Shown here one piece after another: positions 24,638 through 35,368 of a stretch of 64,000 nucleotides of DNA (positions are counted from its first letter, which is position 1; every line of letters begins with the position of its first letter). Made by a program: the position numbers and the translations under genes. Below the pieces are notes generated by a model, which made no database searches, was not told the DNA's origin, and saw only the letters and a program-made list of their open reading frames with translations. The stretch is from positions 97,466,001 through 97,530,000 of the forward strand of contig NC_086097.1 of assembly GCF_963921235.1 (NCBI RefSeq), in the 5' to 3' direction. This DNA is from Mobula hypostoma (lineage: Eukaryota).

Positions 24638-27600
24638 TCAATGACATTTATGAGACTGGAATAATACCAGAAGAGATGAAAAAGATCAGTATTTATCATT
24701 CTTCCTAAGAAACCTGGAGCAATAGAATGTGAATTACATAGGACCATAAGTTTAATGAGTCATATCACCAAGATACTTAGAAACATAGAAACATAGAAAA
24801 TAGGTGCAGGAGTAGGCCATTCGGCCCTTCGAGCCTGCACCGCCATTTATTATGATCATGGCTGATCATCCAACTCAGAACCCAGCCTTCCCTCCATACC
24901 CCCTGACCCCTGTAGCCACAAGGGCCATATCTAACTTCCTTTTAAACATAGCTAATGAACTGGCCTCAACAGTTTGCTGTGGCAGAGAATTCCACAGATT
25001 CACCACTCTCTGTGTGAAGAAGTTTTTCCTAACCTCGGTCCTAAAAGGCTTCCCCTCTATCCTCAAACTGTGACCCCTCGTTCTAGACCTCCCCAACATC
25101 GGGAACAATCTTCCCGCATCTAGCCTGTCCAATCTCTTTAGGATCTTATACGTTTCAATCAGATCCCCCCTCAATCTTCTAAATTCCAACGAGTACAAGC
25201 CCAGTTCATCCAGTCTTTCTTCATATGAAAGACCTGCCATCCCAGGAATCAATCTGGTGAACCTTCTTTGTACTCCCTCTATGGCAAAGATGTCTTTCCT
25301 CAGATTAGGGGACCAAAACTGCACACAATACTCCAGGTGTGGTCTCACCAAGGCCTTGTACAACTGCAGTAGTACCTCCCTGCTCCTGTACTCGAATCCT
25401 CTCGCTATAAATGCCAGCATACCATTCGCCTTTTTCACCGCCTGCTGTACCTGCATGCCCACTTTCAATGACTGGTGTATAATGACACCCAGGTCTCGTT
25501 GCACCTCCCCTTTTCCTAATCGGCCACCATTCAGATAATAATCTGTTTTCCTATTTTTGCCACCAAAGTGGATAACTTCACATTTATCCACATTAAATTG
25601 CATCTGCCATGAGTTTGCCCACTCACCCAACCTATCCAAGTCACCCTGCATCCTCTTAGCATCCTCCTCACTGCTAACACTGCCACCCAGCTTCGTGTCA
25701 TCCGCAAACTTGGAGATGCTGCATTTAATTCCCTCATCCAAGTCATTAATATATATTGTAAACAACTGGGGTCCCAGCACTGAGCCTTGCGGTACCCCAC
25801 TAGTCACCGCCTGCCATTCTGAAAAGGTCCCGTTTATTCCCACTCTTTGCTTCCTGTCTGCTAACCAATTCTCCACCCACACCAATACCTTACCCCCAAT
25901 ACCGTGTGCTTTAAGTTTGCACACTAATCTCCTGTGTGGGACCTTGTCAAAAGCCTTTTGAAAATCCAAATATACCACATCCACTGGTTCTCCCCTATCC
26001 ACTCTACTAGTTACATCCTCAAAAAATTCTATGAGATTCGTCAGACATGATTTTCCTTTCACAAATCCATGCTGACTTTGTCCGATCATTTCACCGCTTT
26101 CCAAATGTGCTGTTATCACATCCTTGATAACTGACTCCAGCAGTTTCCCCACCACCGACGTTAGGCTAACCGGCCTATAATTCCCCGGTTTCTCTCTCCC
26201 TCCTTTTTTAAAAAGTGGAGTTACATTAGCCACCCTCCAATCCTCAGGAACTAGTCCAGAATCTAACGAGTTTTGAAAAATTATCACTAATGCATCCACT
26301 ATTTCTTGGGCCACTTCCTTAAGCACTCTGGGATGCAGACCATCTGGCCCTGGGGATTTATCTGCCTTCAATCCCTTCAATTTACCTAACACCACTTCCC
26401 TACTAACATGTATTTCGCTCAGTTCCTCCATCTCACTGGACACTCTGTCCCTTACTATTTCTGGAAGATTATTTATGTCCTCCTTAGTGAAGACAGAACC
26501 AAAGTAATTATTCAATTGGTCTGCCATGTCCTTGCTCCCCATAATCAATTCACCTGTTTCTGTTTGCAGGGGACCTACATTTGTCTTTATCAGTCTTTTC
26601 CTTTTTACATATCTATAAAAGCTTTTACAGTCCGTTTTTATGTTCTCTGCCAGTTTTCTCTCATAATCTTTTTTCCCCTTCCTAATTAAGCCCTTTGTCC
26701 TCCTCTGCTGAACTCTGAATTTCTCCCAGTCCTCAGGTGAGCCACTTTCTCTGGCTAATTTGTATGCTACTTCTTTGGAATTGATACTATCCCTAATTTC
26801 TTTTGTCAGCCACGGGTGCACTACCTTCCTTGATTTATTCTTTTGCCAAACTGGGATGAACAATTGTTGTAGTTCATCCATGCAACCTTTAAATGCCTGC
26901 CATTGCATATCCACCGTCAATCCTTGAAGTGTCATTTGCCAGTCTATACTTCTAAGAAATTTGATGACAAGAGCTAAAGTAAGATACAAGCTGAAATAGG
27001 TAAAGAACAATGTGGTTTTGTGAAAGACAAAGGTACAAGAAACACGATATTGATGTTAAAGATACTATCAGAACAAGCTATTCAAGTGCAAAAAGCTTTG
27101 TTTGTTTTATCAACTACACAAAAGCATTTGATAAAGTGAAGCACAATGAGTTATTTGAAATATTACAGAAAACTCTAGATCTAGATTCAAAAGACCTCCC
27201 CCAATCAGAAATCTGTACTGGGAACAAACTGCAACTGTAAGAATGGATGGAGAAGTGAGTCGATTTACAAAAATCAAGAGAGGTGTTAGACAAAGGTATG
27301 TTTTCTCCCCTGATTTATTTAATGTGTACAGTGAAACAATAGTACAAAAAATAGGAGACATCTTGGGAATCAAAGTTGGCAGTGAAAACATCAGTAATTT
27401 CAGATATGCAGATGACACTGTGTTAATTGCAAGTACGGAGGAAGAACCTCAAAACTTATTTGATATAATTGTTGAAAAAAGTGCGAAAATGGGTCTATCT
27501 ATCAATTGCAAAAAGACAGAATGTATGGTGATATCCAAGAAGAAGGAGAATCCTATCTGCAGGCTGAGAATAAATGGGGAAGATATAAAACAAGTACAGA

Positions 27601-28161
27601 ACTTTTACTACTTGGGAAGCTGGGTGACATCAGATGGCAGATGTGACATGGACATCAAAAGAAGAATAGGGATGGCAAGAGACACCTTTACGAGAATAAA
27701 GAGTATACTGACCAACACTAAACTAGGCATGACAACCCACCTCACAGTACTGAAATGTTACGTTTATCCAGTTATGTTATATGGCTCAGAATGTTGGACA
27801 ATATCTAGTAACATGAGGAAAGGAATTGAAGCAGCAGAGATGTGGTTTTTGAGGAGGATGCAAAGAATATCATGGACAAAACGAATATCTAACAAGGATG
27901 TCATGAACAGAGCAAACACAAAAAGAGAAATAATGTATGAGATCATGAAAAGGCAATGTAACTTCATTGGATTAGGAAAGAGGAGTTAGAATGCACGGTA
28001 ATTATGGGAAAGATTGAAGGGAAGAAAGCAAGAGGAAGACAAAGACAAATGATGATGGAGACGGCAGCCAGAGAACGAGAAATGAATACCAGTGAATTGA
28101 TCCACTTGACCCGAAACAGGAGTGTGTGGGCCACGGCAGTCAAAGTTCAAACTGATGATGA
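24638..28161 (+). mobile_element. RTE/BovB-like LINE, 5'-truncated, interrupted by a young CR1
   Basis: RTISLMSHITKIL, GVRQ...SPDLFN and FRYADDT motifs; (GAT)n tail; TSD TGATGATACAAA at 24626-24637 and 28162-28173. Confidence 0.9.
24779..26945 (-). mobile_element. Young 5'-truncated CR1 LINE with uninterrupted RT-containing ORF2 segment
   Basis: Open frame to the stop at 24875 (GVPQGSVLGP, FADDTK); (TTTCTATG)n tail; TSD ATACTT at 24773-24778 and 26946-26951. Confidence 0.96.
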
Positions 28162-28325
28162 TGATGATACAAAACTAGGTAGGATTGAGTCTATTGAGAA
28201 TGTAAAGAGGTTTCAAGGCAATATCAACATGCTGAGTTGGTGGATATGTTCCAAATGAGGAATAATGTAGAAAAATGTGAGGCCATCTATTTGTGTATGC
28301 AAAACAAAACAGCAGAATACTTCAG

Positions 28326-28570
28326 ACAACACACACAAAAAATGCTGGTGGAACGCAGCAGGCCAGGCAGCATCTATAGGAAGAGGTACAGTCAACGTTT
28401 CAGGCTGTGACCCTTCATCAAGTCACGAGTGAGAGACTCTCCTGAAGAAGGGTCTCGGCCTGAAACGTCAACTGTCTATTTATTTCCATAGATACTGTCT
28501 GATCTGTTGAGTTCCTCCAGCATTTTATGTGTGTTGCTTGGATTTCTAGCATCTGCAGAATTTTTCGTGG
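28326..28570. mobile_element. Head-to-head pair of Penelope pLTR ends, each with a hammerhead motif
   Basis: Minus-strand motif at ~28389-28424 and plus-strand motif at ~28437-28474, about 15 bp apart; the arms are imperfect inverted repeats. Confidence 0.8.
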
Positions 28571-29704
28571 TTACAGTTATAGTATCTTGATTTAAACATA
28601 TGTAACGTGTGCATGTTTTTAGTCTCCTTACCTGAAAAAGATATCTGTGCCTTAAAGGGAGTGCAGCAAAGGTAAACCTGAGTGGTTCCAGTCATGGAGA
28701 ACTTTCCATACAAGAGACTGACTACACAAGGGTCATATCCTCCACAGCTTTGAAGAATGAGAGTTAAATCTTAGAAAGTTCTTACAGTGATTATGTTTCC
28801 CTTAGCTGAGGAGTTTTGAACCAGGGATCAAAACCTCAGAATGAATGAGAAGAGATGATATTTCTTCAATCAGAGGATGCAATTCTCTAGCCTAGAAAGT
28901 TGTGGAGCCTCAGTCATTAAGTTTATTCAAAACAGATTGATAGATTTCAGAACACTAAGGGAGTCAAGAGATAATGTGGAGAGTGCAGGAAAGTGGCTCT
29001 GAGGTGGATCAGCCATGACCTTGGAAATACCAGGGTAGGGTCAAGGAGATAGCCTTCTTGTGCTCCTAATTATGTCGTTCACAATCCAGGTTGTGGCACT
29101 GTAGATGTCGTCTGACAGCACAAGAAAGATGCTCTGACATTTGGAGAGAGGTTATTCCAGCAGCAGGAGAATTTGAGTTGTTTGAGAGAGAAATTCCAAG
29201 GCAACGTTTGGCCCCAGCTGATGTTGCAACCTATGCTTTGAAATGACACACCCATACACACACCAGTGTAAGTCATCAATGTCGAGGCCCTTTGATGGTG
29301 GGGTCGACCTGAGATGTTGCATCCTAACTGTCTACGTTCAATATACGCAAGGCAATGCTGTACAATATGGAGGGCAAACTGTTGTCCATGCAGCAGGTTC
29401 CCCTTCTCCGTGCAGCTGATGAATCCAAAGGAATGGCAAAGACTGATACACTTTGGCACCAGCGGCATCGCAGGAGTTACCAATCAGCATTGACCTCAAC
29501 ATAAGACTGTCTTAGGGACTCCAGTTCAGCCCTTGTGCAGAACTACTTTATAGGACTACCAGTTACCATAAGTACAGAACAAGCAAGTTGAATAGAGACA
29601 CAGTACTTACTTGTGTTATACAAGTTTTAATCACTGGAAGGAAGTTCCTATTGGCTATCACACACCTTACTTGATTTTGAAAGGGACCTAGTCAACTGAG
29701 CATC

Positions 29705-30105
29705 TCAGAAACAAAGTTGAGTTTACTGTCATATGCACAGGTGCAATGAAAAATAGCATTTACAAGAAAAATATTAATCATCAATTAGACACATTTTTAC
29801 AACAAAACAGAATTAGAACAATAAAGTCAAGATTAGTGCAAGATGGTCAAAATGTTGCTAAACTTTAGTAATTAGAGTTTGGCCAGTTGCTTCAATAACC
29901 AAATGGTTGAAGGGAAGTAGCTGTTCTTGAACTTGATGGTGTGAGATTTCAAGTGTCCGTACCTCCTGCCTGATGGTAGCTGTGAAAAGATGATATTGCT
30001 CCAGTGGGGAGGGATTTGCTTGTGATGTGTTGGGCAGAGTCTACTTCTCTGAGCAGTTTCCTTACATTCGCCACACCAGACCATAATGCAACCACACAGG
30101 ATATC
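29705..30105 (-). mobile_element. Rex1/Babar-like LINE 3' fragment
   Basis: QLPSGRRYGHL...KFKNSYFP on the minus strand. Confidence 0.7.
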
Positions 30106-30109
30106 TTCA

Positions 30110-31895
30110 ACAGTGCAAGAGACACGAGGTGCATGTGGCAGGCAATCCAGAGGATTACAGACTACAAGTCTACCCTGCACGTCAGTGACCAGGACGCCTC
30201 ACTCCCCCAGAGGCTGCATGTCTTCTATAACCAATTGGATGCACAGAACAAAGTGCTGGCGAGGAAGGCACACCCCCTCCCCCACAGGGGAGCGGACACT
30301 CCATCTGGCTGAAGCTGAGGTGAGGAAAACCCTGGCTAGAGTCAATGCACACAGAGCTGCAGGGCCCAATAATATAGCAGGTCATGTTCTGAAAGACCGC
30401 GCTGCCCAGCTGTCGGAGGTACTAAAGGACATATTCAACATCTCTCTGAAACAATGCATTGTCCCCTCGGTTTTCGAGGCAGCAACCATCATTCCAGTGC
30501 CAAAGCAGACAATACTAACCTGCCTAAATGACTATTGTCTGGAGGTATTAACATCAAACATTATGAAATTCTTTAAGTGGCTGGTCATGGAGCATATTAA
30601 ACACTTTGGAGCTTTTCCAATTTGCTCATCGCTCAAATTGATTCATTGATGATTCAGTAGCCTCTACCCTCCACTCTGTCCTGTCCCACCTGGAAAATGG
30701 GGTCTCACATGCCAAGACTGCTGCTTATAGATTTCAATTTGGCATTCGATACCATCATACCCCAGAAACTGGTGGGGAAACTGTCCTTGCTGGGTCTCAA
30801 CACCTCCCTCTGCAATTGGACACTGGACCTCTTAACAGTAAGGGCACAGTCAGCCTGTGTGGGATGCAACATCTGTTGTCCCATTACGCTGAACACTGAT
30901 GTTCCCCAAGGCTCAGTCTGCTGCTGTTCACACTGCTGATGCATGACTGTGTGGCAGGATCCAGCTCAAACCATGTCATCAAGTTTGCAGATGACACAAC
31001 AGTGGTTGGCCTTATCAAGAACGATAACAAGATAGAGTATAGAGAGGAAGTGGAGTGGCTGGTGGATTGATGTGAGAAGAACAACCTAAGCCTGAATGTG
31101 GAGAAGACAAGGGAAAACATTGTGAACTTCAGACAAACTATCCTCTCTACGAATACATAGCTCCTCCATAGAAAGAGTCAAGTGCACCAAGTTCCTGGGA
31201 GTTCACATCACGGATTATCTCACCTGGTCCTTTAACATCACCTCCCTGAACAAGAAGACACAGCAACGCTTCCATTTTCTAAGAAGATTGAAGCAAGCAA
31301 GGCTCCCACCACCCCCCCCCCCACCCATCTTAACTACATTTTACAGGAACACCATTGAGAGCATCCTGACAAGTTGCATCTCCATCTGGTATGGGTGCGG
31401 TCAAACATTGGATCAGAAGTCCCTACAAAGGACTGCAAGAACAGCTTGAGAGGATCATAGGAGTCTCCCTACCATCCTTCGGGGACATTTATCAGGAGCA
31501 CTGCATAGACAGGGCCCTTTGTATTATTAAGGATCCCACCCAGCCATCCAGCATCCTCTTTGACTCTCTACCATCAGGCAGGAGACTCTGATGCATAAAA
31601 GCAAGAATGAGAAACAGTTTCAGGATGAGAAACAGTTTCTTCCTCCAGGTCATTAGGCTTCTGAACTCCTGGCCACATCATATACAAAGTCTAAATATAA
31701 TCTGTTCCATACTGAATGATATTTAATATTCATGCACTTTAGTTTGCTACTTATGTGTGATTCATCTGCAGATTTTATCCTTAGCTTCATAAGTTATCGT
31801 ATGTTATGTTTTACACCCTGGTTCAAAGAAACGTCTCATTTCTATATACATTATAAATGTTATGTACATGTATGTAGTTAAATGACAATAAACCT
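30110..31895 (+). mobile_element. Rex1/Babar-like LINE, degenerate RT region to 3' end
   Basis: [44 protein letters not shown] motifs. Confidence 0.88.
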
Positions 31896-32045
31896 CACTT
31901 GTCACTTATATATTTGTAGATGTTTGTCAGTGTGTTTGATAGCAAGTCAAACCTCCTTAGCCTCATAAGAAAGACAGTGTGGCACACTTTCCTTATGATT
32001 GCATCAAAGTGCTGAATCCAGGACAGGAGAGAGGCTGACTCTCTC

Positions 32046-32298
32046 TGTTGCGTTTTGTAACTCCAAAGCATTAAATTAATTGCAAGAAAAAGAAGGGAGC
32101 CCAAGAGAACAGGTCTTAGTTTTGCTTTTTTTCACTTTAAGTGAATGTACCCATATCACATGATGGCATGATGACATATAGCATTTACATACTTTTACAG
32201 ACAATTCGCAAAGCATCACATAGACAACAAAGAAAGCTTAATCAAACAATATATTTGCAATAATACTCAAATACTACTGAAATATTAAATACACAATA
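32046..32298 (-). repeat. 3' LTR
   Basis: Aligns end to end with 33251-33504. Confidence 0.85.
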
Positions 32299-32629
32299 CT
32301 TGTTTAGCCATGCTTAGCCATAAGCTCCAACTCAAGATAGAATGTATCTTAACTTATGTACACACAGTATAAACTATAATACAACTACTATACAGACATA
32401 CAGCATAGTAAATTTTTAATTTTCCCATTAAGGCCTAAAGATTTGACTGCTGTGAAGGATTTCTTATTCTTGTGTGATATTGTCTTTCCTGACAAGGTAG
32501 GTTAATCTACTTGGCTGGTGAGACTTGTGGTTGTGAAAACAATCTCAGGTTTCTGGGGCCTCCTCTGTGGTGCTTGTAGGAGTTGACTCTGAGACTGCAG
32601 GAAGTGATTCTGACAGCTCTGGGCACCTT

Positions 32630-32859
32630 TCTTTTTCTTATTCTCATTTATGCATTTTGATCTTGGGAGGATCCATTTAGTTCACTGGAGTATTCTCTTA
32701 TTAAACCTATTGTTCCCTTTATGATCTGATCTCTCCTCTTAGCTTCCTCATCCACAAAATCATCTGATGAATACTCTATTGTTGTATCTCCATTGACTCC
32801 TTTCTTTTCGGCCTTCCATTCATCCAGCTGGGCTTTGGTCCTTGCATCTACTTTTACAA
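32630..32859 (-). pseudogene. RBM25: RBM25-derived fragment (segment at and after the end of the RRM)
   Basis: VKVDARTKAQLDEWKAEKK...VDEEAKRRDQIIKGTIGLIREYSSELNGSSQD matches recalled vertebrate RBM25 VKVDAKTKAQLDEWKAKKK...LDEETKRRDQMIKGAIEVLIREYSSELNAPSQE. Has a premature stop. Confidence 0.85.
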
Positions 32860-33028
32860 CTCCTAAGCAAATTGTAAGCTTTTCCACCCAATGCACTCAG
32901 CAAAATTGGTACTTGTTTCTCATTGGCTATTCAATTTGCTTAAAATATTGCTCAATTAGCACAATATACATATTCCAGTTATCTATTGTGTAATCAAACG
33001 CATCAATTTTTCTGATGTAGCCAGCCAC
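32860..33028 (-). pseudogene. Gypsy gag N-terminal remnant
   Basis: VAGYIRKIDAFDYTIDNWNMYIVLIEQYF, then a frameshift, then IANEKQVPILLSALGGKAYNLLRS. Confidence 0.75.
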
Positions 33029-33240
33029 TTTTTTTAATGATACTTACTGTTTATGGACCTGTGAATTCACCCATTTTCTGCCTTCTTTTTTAACTCAGCA
33101 GTCTCTGACTGCTTTTGCGGAGAAAACATGCTATGCTGCTTTCTTTTACTTAACTGTTTCTTGCTGTGCTTTTTCAAAGACTTGAATATCCATTGCACTT
33201 CAACAGGTAGGTCACCATCTCGGGTTCATTTTAAATATAT

Positions 33241-33250
33241 CTCGTCACCA
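33241..33250 (-). promoter_or_regulatory. Primer binding site, tRNA-Ser(GCU)-like
   Basis: TGGTGACGAG directly after the 5' LTR; one mismatch to TGGCGACGAG. Confidence 0.65.
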
Positions 33251-33504
33251 GTAATGCTTTGTAACTCCAAAACATTAAACTAATTGCAAGAAAAAAGGTG
33301 GGAGCCCAAGAGAATGGGTCTTTATTTTGTTTTCTTTTACTTTAAATGAGGAGCACCCATATCACATACTGGTGTGAAGATGTATGCCATTTACAATCTT
33401 TTACAGATAACTCATAATGCATTATGTAAACAACAAAGAATTCTTAATCAAACAATATATTTGTAATATTACTCAAATACTACTGAAATGCTAATTACTC
33501 AACG
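33251..33504 (-). repeat. 5' LTR
   Basis: Aligns with 32046-32298 and is flanked by the PBS and the TSD. Confidence 0.85.
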
Positions 33505-34271
33505 CTCTCTGCTGCTGATCCATCAATGTAGTTTGCTTACTTTCACCCTCCTTCTCCTTCCTGAAGTCAAAAGTCTGCTATTTAGTTTTGCTGACATTGA
33601 GTGTGAGGTTGTTGTTGCGGTGCCACTCAACCAGGTGACCAATCTTGTTCTGGTAAGCCGCCTCCTCACTACCCACCTGTGATTTGTCCAACAACAGTAG
33701 TGGAATTAGAGAATTAGAAGAGCAAGGCTTCAGGTTAAGCTTTAACATAAACTACAAGCAAAGCATTAAGTAATAGTATAGAGTTAGTACGTATTTGGAA
33801 GTGGTGCAGAAGTAAAAACAGTCTTATTTTCTTATTATTGAAAGGAGGAGCAGGTCTGCTCTTGCCTTTTTTGTGTTTTAATGTAGGTCCCTTAGAGAGT
33901 AAAATATGAGAAATTGCATTGGGGAATAAATGAACAGACACGCAATTAGAATATTTCAAAGTTTCAAAGGTCAAGTTTAATGTCAGAGAAATGTATACAA
34001 TATACATCCTGAAATGCTTTTCCTTTGCAAAACATCCGCAAAAAAAAGAGAAGTGCCCCATAAAATGAATGACAGTTAAACATGAGAACCTCAAAGTCCC
34101 CCCCAGCTCCCCCCACCCACGTGTAAGCAGCAGCGAGCAACAATCCCCCTTCCCCCACCAGCAAAAATAAAAAGCACATCAGTACAATCACCGAGCCCAA
34201 GCGTCTGCTAAGCGATAGCAAAGACACAGACCAGTCACCCCAAAAACTTCGCATTTCATGCGAAGGATGGT

Positions 34272-35368
34272 GCGTTCAATACCATCCGCCCTGCTCTGCT
34301 GGGGGAGAAGCTGACAGTGATGCAGGTGGATGCTTTCCTGGTGTCATGGATTCTTGATTACCTGACTGGCAGACCACAGTACGTGTGCTTGCAACACTGT
34401 GTGTCCGACAGAGTGATCAGCAGCACTGGGGCTCCACAGGGGACTGTCTTGTCTCCCTTTCTCTTCACCATTTACACCTCGGACTTCAACTACTACACAG
34501 AGTCTTGTCATCTTCAGAAGTTTTCTGATGACTCTGCCATAGTTGGATGCATCAGCAAGGGAGATGAGGCTGAGTACAGGGCTACGGTAGGAAACTTTGT
34601 CATATGGTGTGAGCAGAATTATCTGCAACTTAATGTGAAAAAAAACTAAGGAGCTGGTGGTAGACCTGAGGAGAGCAAGGGTACCGGTGACCCCTGTTTC
34701 CATCCAGGGCGTCAGTGTGGACGTGGTGAAGGATTACAGGTACCTGGGGATACGAATTGACAATAAACTGGACTGGTCAAAGAACACTGAGGCTGTCTAC
34801 AAGAAGGGTCAGAGCTGTCTCTATTTCCTGAGGAGACTGAGGTCCTTTAACATCTGCCAGACGATGCTGCGGATGTTCTACGAATCTGTGGTGGCCAGTG
34901 CTACCATGTTTGCTGTTGTGTGCTGGGGTAGCAGGCACCAACAGAATCAACAAACTCATTTGTAAGGCCAGTGATGTGGTGGGGATGGAACTGGACTCTC
35001 TCACGGTGGTGTCTGAAAAGAGGATGCTGTCTAAGTTGCATGCCATCTTGGTCAATGTCTCCGATCCACTACATAATGTACTGGGTGGGCACAGGAGTAC
35101 ATTCAGCCAGAGACTCATTCCACCGAGATGCAACACAGAGCGTCATAGGAAGTCATTCCTGCCTGTGGCCATCAAACTTTACAACTCCTCCCTTGGAGGG
35201 TCAGACACCCTGAGCCAATGGGCTGGTCCTGGACTTATTTCCTGGCATAATTTACATATTACTATTTAACTATTTATGGTTTTATTACTATTTAATTATT
35301 TATGGTGCAACTGTAATGAAAACCAATTTCTCCCGGGATCATTAAAGTATGACTATGACTATGACTAT
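34272..35368 (+). mobile_element. Rex1/Babar-like LINE 3' portion
   Basis: STGAPQGTVLSPFLF, QKFSDDS, LYFLRRLRSF motifs; (ATGACT)n tail. Confidence 0.9.

Larger units (their letters stand above)
22030..29070 (+). mobile_element. Old, fragmented CR1 LINE hosting nested insertions
   Basis: Colinear CR1 ORF2 pieces at ~22030-22305, ~24170-24637, ~28162-28325 and ~28620-29070. Confidence 0.7.
32046..33504 (-). mobile_element. Non-autonomous Gypsy-type LTR element carrying a captured RBM25 fragment
   Basis: Two diverged ~253-bp direct LTRs, TSD CTCTC (32041-32045, 33505-33509), PBS, gag N-terminus and pol C-terminus remnants. Interrupts a minus-strand Rex1/Babar fragment. Confidence 0.85.

Noticed and set aside
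24875..27010. 711-aa ORF as a complete gene
   Set aside because: The first ~22 codons come from the antisense RTE flank. The rest is a 5'-truncated CR1 ORF2 without the endonuclease.
29705..31895. Head-to-head Rex1/Babar pieces as one twin-primed inverted insertion
   Set aside because: Each side carries its own 3' end sequence and they are clearly diverged, so two separate insertions fit better.
32648..32896. 82-aa ORF as a genuine host RBM25 exon
   Set aside because: It is embedded between gag and pol remnants inside paired LTRs, has a premature stop, and no other RBM25 exons are visible in the window.
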